From the NCBI GenBank assembly GCA_017620395.1, contig JAFZQJ010000022.1, positions 72,977 to 136,976 of the forward strand: DNA of 64,000 bases, written 5' to 3'. Below the pieces are notes generated by a model that did no database searches, was not told where the DNA came from, and saw only the letters and a list, made by a program, of their open reading frames with translations. This stretch comes from Clostridia bacterium (GTDB taxonomy: Bacteria; Bacillota; Clostridia; Oscillospirales; RGIG8002). This document shows positions 1 to 8,205 of the stretch, in pieces (the stretch's first letter is position 1; every line of letters begins with the position of its first letter). The position numbers were made by a program, and so were the translations under genes.

Positions 1-2
1 TG

Positions 3-863
3 CTTTATTCATATTACAAGCAGACCGGCAAAACCGAAATAATAAAGAACGAACTTGAATCCGTAATGCGTATCATTATCGATCAGTGGAGGATCGAGCA
101 GCGGCACGAAGAGAATTCGCCTTATTACTTCATTCGTCTCGAAGACGGACTCACCCCGGACGACTTTCCGTACGGCGGCAGAGGCGCGCCCGCAGCGTAT
201 ACCGGTATGACGCGTTCCGCCTTCAGACCGAGCGACGACGACTGCGTTTACGGTTATCTAACCGCTTCCGAAATGTTTGCAACTGTCGTTCTCGGTTACG
301 CCGCGGAAATGCTCCGCAGCGTTTGCGGCAACGAATCGCTCGCGTCCGAATGCGACGCGCTACGAAATGAAATAGACGACGGGATACGGAACTACTGCAT
401 CGTTGAGCACGAAAAATACGGCAGGATCTACGCGTGCGAAACCGACGGAATGGGCCGTTACTCCATGATCGACGACGCAAACGTGCCCAGTCTGCTGTCT
501 ATACCGTATATAGGATATTCCGCCGCCGACGATGAGATTTATCTCAACACCCGCCGTTTCCTGTTAAGCGCGGATAACCCTTATTACTACTGCGGTAAAT
601 ACGCCAGAGGCATCGGTTCGCCGCACACCCCTCATAATTATGTGTGGCATATGTCGCTTGCAATGCAGGGTTTGACCTCTAACGACGACGTCGAAAAACG
701 CGAAATGCTCGATATGATCGTTTCCACCGACGCCGGAAAACGTCACCTTCACGAAGGATTCGACGTTGACAATCCATGCAACTACACGCGTGAATGGTTC
801 ACCTGGCCGGAAGCGCTGTTCGCCGAGTTTGTTGAAAAATGCATAGACGGCGGTATTATATAA
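3..863 (+). CDS. Glycoside hydrolase family 125-like protein (exo-alpha-1,6-mannosidase family), C-terminal part; the 5' end lies outside the window
   Basis: Frame 3 is open from the window edge (LYSYYKQTGK... precedes the tracked Met at 66). Motifs RPSDDD, DDANVPSLLSIPYIGY, HTPHNYVWHMSLAMQG and TREWFTWPEALF resemble GH125/DUF1237 from memory. Confidence 0.6.
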   Translation, partial: LYSYYKQTGKTEIIKNELESVMRIIIDQWRIEQRHEENSPYYFIRLEDGLTPDDFPYGGRGAPAAYTGMTRSAFRPSDDDCVYGYLTASEMFATVVLGYAAEMLRSVCGNESLASECDALRNEIDDGIRNYCIVEHEKYGRIYACETDGMGRYSMIDDANVPSLLSIPYIGYSAADDEIYLNTRRFLLSADNPYYYCGKYARGIGSPHTPHNYVWHMSLAMQGLTSNDDVEKREMLDMIVSTDAGKRHLHEGFDVDNPCNYTREWFTWPEALFAEFVEKCIDGGII

Positions 864-938
864 ATATGAATGCGTTTTTCCGCTCCGGCGTGAGCATAAT
901 AATACAAACGCATTTTTTCAAATGATTATAAAAATGTC

Positions 939-967
939 TTGATATTATCATCATAATTTGATATACT
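939..967 (+). promoter_or_regulatory. Sigma-A type promoter for the lipid gene cluster
   Basis: TTGATA (939-944), a 17-nt spacer, then TATACT (962-967), in an AT-rich gap about 55 nt upstream of the ATG at 1021. Confidence 0.5.
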
Positions 968-1020
968 TTCTTTGAATATACAGTTATAATCTTACAGCGT
1001 CTGTTTAACCGGAGGAGCAA

Positions 1021-1749
1021 ATGAAGCTGTTAAGGAAGATATTCCCGAAATACGCGGTCATTCCCCTTTGGACCGTACTGGGTTTCAATATGCTTGCCTA
1101 TTACCTGCCGAAGCTGCTTTTACTGCTCGGCGTTATCGGTCCTCCGCATATGCTTGCGGAAGATACGACGGCAAACGTAAATTTGATATTTCTCGGCGTT
1201 GACGTCCCGCTCGTTCCCGTATTCATAATCATATACGTGCTTTCGTACGTGCAATGGGTCGTCGGCTTCACGCTTATCGCAAGGGAGAGCGAAGAACTCT
1301 GCTATCGCTTCATGACCGGAGAGATCATCGCGAAGTTCATTTCTCTGACGGTATTTATACTCTACCCGACGATGATGACGCGGCCGGAAATAACGCAGAC
1401 CGGTCCGTTTTATACGCTTGTCGGCTGGATGTATTTCATCGATACTCCGATGATCAACCTCTTCCCGTCGCTCCATTGCCTCGAAAGCTGGATGTGTTTC
1501 CGAGGGTCGCTCCATCTGAAAGGTATCAGAAAGTGGTACGCGCCGGTTTCCTTCGTATTCACGATGCTCGTGTTTGCTTCAACCGTACTGATACACCAGC
1601 ACGTTCTGATAGACATACCGGCCGGCGTGCTGGTCGCCGAGATCGGCCTTCTCATCTGCCGCTTGACACGCGCAGACCGGATCTTTGCGTCCATTAACAA
1701 AAAGCGCCTCGCAACAGACGCCCGAAAGGAAATGTCACTTGAGCAATAG
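1021..1749 (+). CDS. PAP2-superfamily membrane protein (SMS/IPC-synthase-like PAP2_C type phosphotransferase or phosphatase)
   Basis: Polytopic hydrophobic protein. FPSLHC resembles the PSGH-type C2 motif, and STVLIHQHVLIDIPAG resembles the S..(H)xxxD C3 motif (compare HYTxDV of sphingomyelin synthases). RBS GGAGGAG lies upstream of the ATG. Confidence 0.55.
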   Translation: MKLLRKIFPKYAVIPLWTVLGFNMLAYYLPKLLLLLGVIGPPHMLAEDTTANVNLIFLGVDVPLVPVFIIIYVLSYVQWVVGFTLIARESEELCYRFMTGEIIAKFISLTVFILYPTMMTRPEITQTGPFYTLVGWMYFIDTPMINLFPSLHCLESWMCFRGSLHLKGIRKWYAPVSFVFTMLVFASTVLIHQHVLIDIPAGVLVAEIGLLICRLTRADRIFASINKKRLATDARKEMSLEQ

Positions 1750-2830
1750 CCCGACTAACGAAAGCGAGAACGACGTAAAGCAACAGCGCGGCTCTCACCG
1801 CGTTCTGTGGTCTATTCTCTTTATAGTCATAGCGGCGCTCAGCGTGGTTGCCGTAACTTCCTTCAACCGCAACTTTCATTTCAGCGAGTTTTTCAAAAGC
1901 GCCACCTCCGCTTCTGCTCCGTGGATCGTCGCGGCGGTATGCGGCACGTTTGGATATATTCTGTTTGAAGCGCTTTCGCTGATGTATATATGCCGTTCCT
2001 TCGGATACGGAAGACGCCTGAAAAGCGGACTGCTCTACTCTTCAACCGGATTCTACTTTTCATCGATAACGCCGTCCGCGACCGGCGGTCAGCCTGCGCA
2101 GGCGTACGTAATGATAAAGGACGGTATCCCCGGAGTATTCGCCGCGATCGCGCTTCTCGTCAACCTGCTGATGTACACTCTTTCAATCGCGGTGCTCGGC
2201 ATCTTCGCTTTTATCGCACGGCCTTCGCTGTTTATGAAGTTCAGCGTTGTGTCCCGTATTATGATAATCGTCGGCACCGTCATACAGTTCACCCTCGCGT
2301 TGCTGGTGCTTATACTTTTGAAAAACAAAAAACTCCTTCACGGCATCGGCAGACGGCTGATCCACTTCATAGCGAAGCTGCATATCATACGCGACGAGGA
2401 CAAGCTGCAAAACACCTTCAGCGACAAAATGGCTGAATACGACAAATACGCGGAGTATCTCCACGGCAAGCGTCCGATGATGGCCAAAGTGCTCGGAATA
2501 AACATTTTGCAACGCGCTTCGGTCATCTCGGTAACGATGTTTACGTTCATCGCGCTGGGAGGACGCGGAGCCGAGATATTCAATATCTTCGTAATGCAGA
2601 TCTACGTTCTGCTTGGTTCGACCTTTGTGCCGATACCCGGCTCGATCGGCGTTACGGACTATCTGATGATTGACGGTTTCAGCAATCTTATAAAAAAATC
2701 GCCTGTAACGCCGGGAACGCTCGAGCTTTTGAGCCGAACGCTTTCATTCTACATCTGTGTGTTCGCATGCGGACTGTTTATGCTTTACATCTATTTCAAG
2801 GGGAGAAAAAACAATGATAGGAATATATGA
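1739..2830 (+). CDS. Flippase-like / lysylphosphatidylglycerol-synthase transmembrane-domain protein (UPF0104 family)
   Basis: Multi-pass membrane protein. It has a charged N-terminus, then WSILFIVIAALSVVAV, and the motif SSITPSATGGQP typical of the LPG_synthase_TM family. The tracked ORF starts at 1685, but the TTG at 1739 preceded by AAGGA (8-nt spacing) is the more likely start. The start is uncertain. Confidence 0.6.
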   Translation: MSNSPTNESENDVKQQRGSHRVLWSILFIVIAALSVVAVTSFNRNFHFSEFFKSATSASAPWIVAAVCGTFGYILFEALSLMYICRSFGYGRRLKSGLLYSSTGFYFSSITPSATGGQPAQAYVMIKDGIPGVFAAIALLVNLLMYTLSIAVLGIFAFIARPSLFMKFSVVSRIMIIVGTVIQFTLALLVLILLKNKKLLHGIGRRLIHFIAKLHIIRDEDKLQNTFSDKMAEYDKYAEYLHGKRPMMAKVLGINILQRASVISVTMFTFIALGGRGAEIFNIFVMQIYVLLGSTFVPIPGSIGVTDYLMIDGFSNLIKKSPVTPGTLELLSRTLSFYICVFACGLFMLYIYFKGRKNNDRNI

Positions 2831-3560
2831 CTACACCGTCATACTGACGTATCTGTCGCTGGCGTCCGCTACGCTCGGCACGATTATATCCCTGACGGGC
2901 AACGGCCATCCGTACATAGGGGCGTTCTTTTTGCTGTTCTGTGGACTCTGCGACGCGTTTGACGGAAAGGTAGCGAGAACAAAAAAGGACCGCACTGACA
3001 GCGGGCGCAAGTTCGGAATACAGATCGATTCGCTTTCCGACGTCGTCGCTTTCGGCGTTCTTCCCGCCTGCATCGGATACGCGGCGCTTAACACCTCCCC
3101 GCTTTTCCGCGGTATATATCCGCAGGCTTCCGCGGTCGAACCTCCCGCGATTTTTAAAGAGCTTTTCGGCGGAGTCGAATGGTATTTCATCGCGCTGAAA
3201 ATCGCCATTATCGCCGTACTCGTGCTTTTCTCGCTCGCGGCTCTGATACGCCTTGCATATTTCAACGTCAAAGAAGACGAGCGCATGCAGACCGCACCGG
3301 ATTCCCCGACGACGTATACCGGACTTCCCGTAACTTCGTCCGCCCTCATCTTCCCCACCGTTCTCCTTCTGCGCTATATCTTCGACCTCACGCTCGGCGT
3401 CGATTTGACTCCCCTGTATTTCGTTACTATGCTGATTACAGGTTATCTCTTCCTTGCGAAGTTCAGCTTCAAAAAACCGACGATGAAGCAGGTGTTGATA
3501 ATGGTCGCCATCGGCGCCATCGAGTTTATTGCGATATCTATACTGCTTATCTTCAATTAA
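2814..3560 (+). CDS. pssA: CDP-diacylglycerol--serine O-phosphatidyltransferase (CDP-alcohol phosphatidyltransferase family)
   Basis: Signature DAFDGKVAR-x8-GIQIDSLSDVVAFG matches D-G-x2-A-R-x8-G-x3-D-x3-D. The ATG at 2814 is preceded by GGGGAG. It sits immediately upstream of psd. Confidence 0.8.
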   Translation: MIGIYDYTVILTYLSLASATLGTIISLTGNGHPYIGAFFLLFCGLCDAFDGKVARTKKDRTDSGRKFGIQIDSLSDVVAFGVLPACIGYAALNTSPLFRGIYPQASAVEPPAIFKELFGGVEWYFIALKIAIIAVLVLFSLAALIRLAYFNVKEDERMQTAPDSPTTYTGLPVTSSALIFPTVLLLRYIFDLTLGVDLTPLYFVTMLITGYLFLAKFSFKKPTMKQVLIMVAIGAIEFIAISILLIFN

Positions 3561-3574
3561 GGAAGTGAGCCGTC

Positions 3575-4399
3575 ATGGGCGAAAGCAAATCCGTAAGAAT
3601 CCTTTATAACAACGCATTCGGCCGTCTGTGCTTGAAAATTATCAAGCGCAGATGGCTTTCGCGTCTTTGCGGCAAATATCTGGATTCCCGCCTCTCCAAG
3701 CATTTGATTAATAAGTTCGTCACGAAGAACAACATAGACTTGTCGCAGTACTACGCCGATGATTTCAAATGCTTCAACGACTGCTTCTGCAGACAGATAC
3801 GCGAAGGATACCGTCCGATTGATACGGATCCTCACTCGCTTATTTCGCCGTGCGACGGACTGCTGACTGCTTACAGCATAAGCGGCGATACCGTGCTTCC
3901 GGTCAAGCAAAGCAGATACACGGTATCCTCCCTGCTCCGTGACGATAATCTCGCGCGAAGATTCGAAGACGGTCTGTGCCTCGTATTCCGTCTCTGTGTT
4001 GATAACTATCACCGCTACTGTTATTTCGACGGCGGCAAAAAAGACGATAACGTCTTTATCCCCGGATTTCTGCATACGGTAAGGCCTACGGCGCTTGAAG
4101 CGCTGCCCGTGTTTATCGAGAACTGCCGCGAATACACTCTGATGCACACCGAAAACTTCGGAGACGCCGTGCAGATAGAGGTCGGCGCCATGCTCGTCGG
4201 CAAGATCGACAACTATCACGGCGTTCACGAATTCAGCCGCGGCGAAGAAAAAGGGCGTTTCTTATACGGAGGAAGCACCGTAATTCTCCTTCTCGAAAAA
4301 GGATGCGCTTCAGTTGACGGGGCGTTTAAGCTCGATTCCGGAGAAGAGATCCCGGTCGTGATGGGACAACGCATCGGACGCTCGTGTCAAAATGAGTAG
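3575..4399 (+). CDS. psd: Phosphatidylserine decarboxylase proenzyme
   Basis: SPCDG motif (LISPCDGLL) and the self-cleavage GST motif (FLYGGSTVILL) near the C-terminus. It is adjacent to pssA. Confidence 0.85.
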   Translation: MGESKSVRILYNNAFGRLCLKIIKRRWLSRLCGKYLDSRLSKHLINKFVTKNNIDLSQYYADDFKCFNDCFCRQIREGYRPIDTDPHSLISPCDGLLTAYSISGDTVLPVKQSRYTVSSLLRDDNLARRFEDGLCLVFRLCVDNYHRYCYFDGGKKDDNVFIPGFLHTVRPTALEALPVFIENCREYTLMHTENFGDAVQIEVGAMLVGKIDNYHGVHEFSRGEEKGRFLYGGSTVILLLEKGCASVDGAFKLDSGEEIPVVMGQRIGRSCQNE

Positions 4400-4474
4400 A
4401 TTTTTATATAAAGTTGTATAATCGTCATATAATTACACATCCGGTATTGCTATAATGCAGTCGTAAACTGAATA

Positions 4475-4570
4475 CTCTTCCGGCCCGGGAGAAGCGCGGT
4501 GAGAATCCGCCGCAACAGCCATTACCGTATCTGACGGAAACGTCACAAGTCGGGTCGCCTACCGGAAGAG
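4475..4570 (+). promoter_or_regulatory. Cobalamin (B12) riboswitch aptamer, compact form
   Basis: P1 pairs CTCTTCCGG (4475-4483) perfectly with CCGGAAGAG (4562-4570). The core GGGAGAAGCGCGGTGAGAATCCGCCGCAAC resembles the conserved GGGAA..GGTGnnAATCC..GCAAC. There is a GACG-GAAA-CGTC GNRA hairpin (4533-4544) and a B12-box-like AGTCGGGTCGCCTACC (4549-4564). A candidate extended -10 promoter, TGCTATAAT, lies at 4448-4456. The downstream genes are typical B12-regulon genes. Confidence 0.7.
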
Positions 4571-4657
4571 AGTTCGGCTCCGTTTTATCGGAGAACGCTT
4601 TTGGGCAGCGAAGAGCGTGAACATTCCGCCGATTCAATCGGTCTTGTTTTGTTATAC

Positions 4658-4690
4658 GCCTTTTCTGCTCAAACAGCGGAAAAGGCTTTT
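4658..4690 (+). terminator. Intrinsic terminator forming the riboswitch expression platform
   Basis: GCCTTTTC (4658-4665) pairs with GAAAAGGC (4679-4686) and is followed by TTTT. It lies directly upstream of the GGAGG RBS and the ATG at 4710. Confidence 0.6.
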
Positions 4691-4709
4691 ATAAATGGAG
4701 GAAAAAACA

Positions 4710-6371
4710 ATGAAACACATCAAGAGAATCCTGACCGTTCTGCTCGCCCTCGCTATAGTTACAGCCGCGCTGCCTATGGCGGTATTTGCCGGCGCGCAGC
4801 ATCAGATGACCGTCACTCTTCGCATCGAAGGTGCGGCGCAGAACTTTTACTATGATACGCTGACTATTCAATATTCCTCGGCGAACCTCACCGTTCAGGA
4901 TCTGATCATATACGCCGACAATAACAGCGACGCCATTACCGTCGTCGGCGCGACCGGGTCCGCCCCGTATATAACGGACATCAACGGCGACGTTGCCGGC
5001 GCGATGGGCGGGTATTCCGGATGGCTCTACACCGTGAACGGCGAGGAGCCGCCCGTCGGAGTCAACAATTACAATCTGAAAGAAGGCGACAGCGTCGTCT
5101 TCTACTACGGCGATCCTTACGGAGTCGGTATGCAGTACCCTGTTCCCGACGTTTCCGATATCGCGAACGGCGTTATCCGCTTCACGAGCATGGATACAAC
5201 TTATGATTCCGACTGGAACCCCGTTGTTTCCGAAAACCCCGTTGCCGATATGACCGTCGTCTTCGGCGGCGAAACGCCCGTTACTTACGTTACCGACAAA
5301 GACGGAAAGATCACAATAGAGGAACAGTATCTCACCGCCGGCGAGCATTCTCTCTCGATCGACAAAAAGGGCGACAAGGGCGTTCCGCTCGTCCTGCGCC
5401 TCGCGCCCGACTATAAAGTTTCCGTACCCGAGAAACCCAAAACGATGACCGTCAAGCTTCGCATCGAAGGCATAAACGAAAACCTTTTCTATGACGACGT
5501 CACGGTATCGTACACGTCCGATAGTCTCACTGTTCAGGATATGATCGTCTACGCCGACGAACAGAACGAAAATCTGACCGTAGTCGGAGCCGACGGCGCC
5601 TCCCCTTACATTACAAGCATCAACGGTGACGCCGCGGGCACCTTCAGCGGCTGGGACGGCTGGCTGTTCACCGTCAACGGAATCGAAGCCGCAACCGGAA
5701 TAAACGGCGTCAATCTCGCAGACGGAGACTCAGTCCTTTTCTACTACGGCGATCCCTACGGAGTCGGTATGCAGTACCCTGTTATCGACGCAGCCGAAAT
5801 CGACAGCGGAGTTATCCGCTTTACCAGCAACGACACGACGTATGACGGCGACTGGAATCCCATCGTTACCGCCAACCCGGTCGTCGGTATGACGGTCACC
5901 ATCGGAGAGGTCACGTTCACCACCGACGAAGATGGGAAAATCGCATTTGACAACGCTCTCCTGCCCGCCGGCAAGTACTCGATCTCTATTGACAAAAAAG
6001 CCGAAAACGGTCTGCCGCTCATCCTCCGTTTCGCTCCCGACGCCGAGATCGACATCCCCGAGCTTCCCGCGGCAAACATCCTCCCCGGCGATATGGACGA
6101 CGACGGCGAGATTACCGTCAACGACGCTTTAAGGGTTCTTCGTATAGCCGCAAAGCTTGTTCCCGTCACCGGTGAAGCGCTCGCGATCTGCGATATGGAC
6201 GGCGACGGCGAGATCACCGTCTCCGACGCGCTCTACGTCCTGCGCATCGCCGCGAAGCTTATTCCCGCTCCCGGCGGCCAACAGCCCGGCGGTGACGAAC
6301 CCGGCACGGGCAAACCCGACTCCGGTCTGACCGGCGTAATGCACGGCGACACCGAAAGAGTTATAAAATAA
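4710..6371 (+). CDS. Secreted protein with two tandem DUF4430 (transcobalamin beta-domain-like) modules and a C-terminal type-I dockerin
   Basis: Signal peptide MKHIKRILTVLLALAIVTAALPMAVFA. The DUF4430 motif occurs twice: GWLYTVNGEEPPVGVNNYNLKEGDSVVFYYG and GWLFTVNGIEAATGINGVNLADGDSVLFYYG. The dockerin has two Ca-loop/helix repeats, DMDDDGEITVNDALRVLRIAAKL and DMDGDGEITVSDALYVLRIAAKL (nt 6087-6260). The GGAGG at 4697-4701 favours the ATG at 4710 over 4695. Confidence 0.75.
   Translation: MKHIKRILTVLLALAIVTAALPMAVFAGAQHQMTVTLRIEGAAQNFYYDTLTIQYSSANLTVQDLIIYADNNSDAITVVGATGSAPYITDINGDVAGAMGGYSGWLYTVNGEEPPVGVNNYNLKEGDSVVFYYGDPYGVGMQYPVPDVSDIANGVIRFTSMDTTYDSDWNPVVSENPVADMTVVFGGETPVTYVTDKDGKITIEEQYLTAGEHSLSIDKKGDKGVPLVLRLAPDYKVSVPEKPKTMTVKLRIEGINENLFYDDVTVSYTSDSLTVQDMIVYADEQNENLTVVGADGASPYITSINGDAAGTFSGWDGWLFTVNGIEAATGINGVNLADGDSVLFYYGDPYGVGMQYPVIDAAEIDSGVIRFTSNDTTYDGDWNPIVTANPVVGMTVTIGEVTFTTDEDGKIAFDNALLPAGKYSISIDKKAENGLPLILRFAPDAEIDIPELPAANILPGDMDDDGEITVNDALRVLRIAAKLVPVTGEALAICDMDGDGEITVSDALYVLRIAAKLIPAPGGQQPGGDEPGTGKPDSGLTGVMHGDTERVIK
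4806..6080 (+). repeat. Intragenic tandem duplication with a 639-bp period (two roughly 213-aa modules)
   Basis: Module 1 starts at MTVTLRIEG (4806) and module 2 at MTVKLRIEG (5445). A 45-nt block, TTCTACTACGGCGATCC[T/C]TACGGAGTCGGTATGCAGTACCCTGTT, occurs at 5100-5144 and 5739-5783 with 44/45 identity, offset by exactly 639 nt. Confidence 0.9.
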
Positions 6372-6387
6372 TCTGACGGAGTCCGAC

Positions 6388-8205
6388 TTGAAAAAGACGC
6401 TTTTCAAAAAATGTATAGCATGCCTGCTGCTGATACTCGTTATCGCGGCAGGCTTTGCCTTGCCCGCAAGCGCGTATTCATCACAAGGCTCAAAGCTCTT
6501 TTCCCTGCTCGCGAACGAAGGCGGATCGCTTCAGGGATATATTGATAACGTTCTTTCGAAAAACGTCGGTACGCACGACGCGGACTGGCTGTTCATCGAC
6601 CTTATGAGGCACGACGGTTCGCTGAACGGAAACAAATACGCGGCAGCGCTTGACGCTTATACTTCCGCAAACGCCCTGACCAAACCCACCGATTATGAAC
6701 GTATCGCGATTGCTTACACGGCCGCCGGAATTTACAACGATTTTGTCGGATCCGCCCTTGAAGCGGAATTAAAAAACAACACTATAAACGCCTTGTTCTT
6801 TGAATTGATCCTTCTTGATTGCGGAGGATACGAAAGCACCAAGAACAAAAGAGAAGGCTTGATAGATGAAATACTCGGCAGCCAGATGTCCGATAACGGC
6901 TGGACTCTTTCCGGCCCGTCGGACGTCGATATGACGGCTATGGCACTTCAGGCGCTTGCTCCGTACAAAAGCAGAAGCAACGTTGCGTCCGCTGTAGAAA
7001 GAGCCCTCGGCTTCCTTTCCGGGAAACAAACCGACAACGGAGATTTCCGCGGCTTCCGGAACACGCTCAGCTGCGAGAGTACCGCGCAGGTCATAATCGC
7101 CTTAACGTCGCTCGGCATTGATCCCGCATCCGACTCGCGCTTTATAAAAAACGGCGCGACCGCTTACGACGGTCTTCGCCGCTATCAGCTTCAAGACGGC
7201 TCATACTGCCATGTAACGGAAATCGCAAAGCGGGATAATATCGCGACCGAGCAGGCGGCGCGCGCGATCGTCGCCGCTGAACGCTTCTCCTCCGGAAAGT
7301 CTTCGTTCTTTTCGTTCAAAAAGCCCGCCACAGCAGAGCCCGACCCGCCGTCCGTCGTAACTCCGGATCATGACTCTTCCGATGATAACCGTGACAACTC
7401 GGGCAATCAGGAAGCTTCACAGCCGGGAGGGTCAACGCCCGAAGGCGGCTCAGGCAACGGCAGCGACGGTACGGAGTCCGATTCCGAGGCCTCGTCCGAT
7501 GAGGCCTCTTCCGGCCAATCGATCGGCGACAGCTCGTTTTACTCGTCCTCGGAATACTCGTCGGAATCAATTATCGGAAGCGTTTCTTCCGGTTCCGATC
7601 CAAGCGATACGACGGGCAACGTCTCTTATAAGTTCTACGTTTGCGGCGCGATAGGGCTTCTTTTCGCGGCCGTCTGCGTGATTCTTGCGATCAAGAAAAA
7701 AGCGTCGCTAAAGAATGTCATACCTATCGCCGTAGTCGCGATCCTGCTCATCTGCGGCGTTCTGCTTCTCAACTTCACTTCCGTCAAAGATTACTATTCC
7801 GTCAACTTGAGCAGCGCCGGTGAAGGTGACAATACCGTCACTATCAGCATCAGCTGCCGCATACTCGAGGGTGTTGAAGAGAACATACCCGAGGACGGAT
7901 ACATCCTCAAGCCGACTAAATACGTTATCAATGAAGGCGACACGGTCTTCGACGCACTGCTCGCGGTAACCCGCGCAAATCAGATAAAAATCAATTACAC
8001 GGGCAACGCCGGAGGGGTTCTGAGCGTATACGTAAGCTCAATCGCGGGTTTCTCGGAGATGCAGTACGGCGCTTTGTCCGGTTGGATCTACCGCGTGAAC
8101 AAATACACTCCGGACGTCGGCTGCGGCAGCTACGATATCAAGGACGGCGACGTTATCGAATGGGTTTACACCCTCGATCTCGGAAAGGACGCTGAAAACG
8201 GATGA
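6388..8205 (+). CDS. Transcobalamin-like surface protein: N-terminal prenyltransferase/terpene-cyclase-like alpha/alpha toroid, Ser/Asp/Gly-rich linker, two TM helices, C-terminal DUF4430
   Basis: TTG start with a signal peptide (LLILVIAAGFALPASA). Repeated QxxDGxW/F-type motifs appear (QMSDNGWT, KQTDNGDF, QLQDGSY). A low-complexity acidic/Ser region spans about nt 7330-7620. TM helices are YVCGAIGLLFAAVCVILAI and VIPIAVVAILLICGVLLLNF. The C-terminal DUF4430 motif is GWIYRVNKYTPDVGCGSYDIKDGDVIEWVY. Confidence 0.7.
   Translation: MKKTLFKKCIACLLLILVIAAGFALPASAYSSQGSKLFSLLANEGGSLQGYIDNVLSKNVGTHDADWLFIDLMRHDGSLNGNKYAAALDAYTSANALTKPTDYERIAIAYTAAGIYNDFVGSALEAELKNNTINALFFELILLDCGGYESTKNKREGLIDEILGSQMSDNGWTLSGPSDVDMTAMALQALAPYKSRSNVASAVERALGFLSGKQTDNGDFRGFRNTLSCESTAQVIIALTSLGIDPASDSRFIKNGATAYDGLRRYQLQDGSYCHVTEIAKRDNIATEQAARAIVAAERFSSGKSSFFSFKKPATAEPDPPSVVTPDHDSSDDNRDNSGNQEASQPGGSTPEGGSGNGSDGTESDSEASSDEASSGQSIGDSSFYSSSEYSSESIIGSVSSGSDPSDTTGNVSYKFYVCGAIGLLFAAVCVILAIKKKASLKNVIPIAVVAILLICGVLLLNFTSVKDYYSVNLSSAGEGDNTVTISISCRILEGVEENIPEDGYILKPTKYVINEGDTVFDALLAVTRANQIKINYTGNAGGVLSVYVSSIAGFSEMQYGALSGWIYRVNKYTPDVGCGSYDIKDGDVIEWVYTLDLGKDAENG

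Noticed and set aside
4425-4855. Small ORFs at 4425..4637 (minus) and 4601..4855 (plus) in the leader region.
   Set aside because: They overlap the structured riboswitch, terminator and signal-peptide region. They have no RBS, and the region is better explained as regulatory RNA.
4806-6080. Regularly spaced repeats considered as a possible CRISPR or other non-coding array.
   Set aside because: The repeats are 639-bp protein-coding modules inside one open reading frame. No short repeat-spacer structure exists anywhere in the window.
7316-7654. Arg/Pro-rich ORFs on both strands (7316..7570 minus, 7370..7654 plus).
   Set aside because: They lie within the Ser/Asp/Gly-rich low-complexity linker of the 6388..8205 gene. 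Alternative frames of such repeats routinely stay open by chance.
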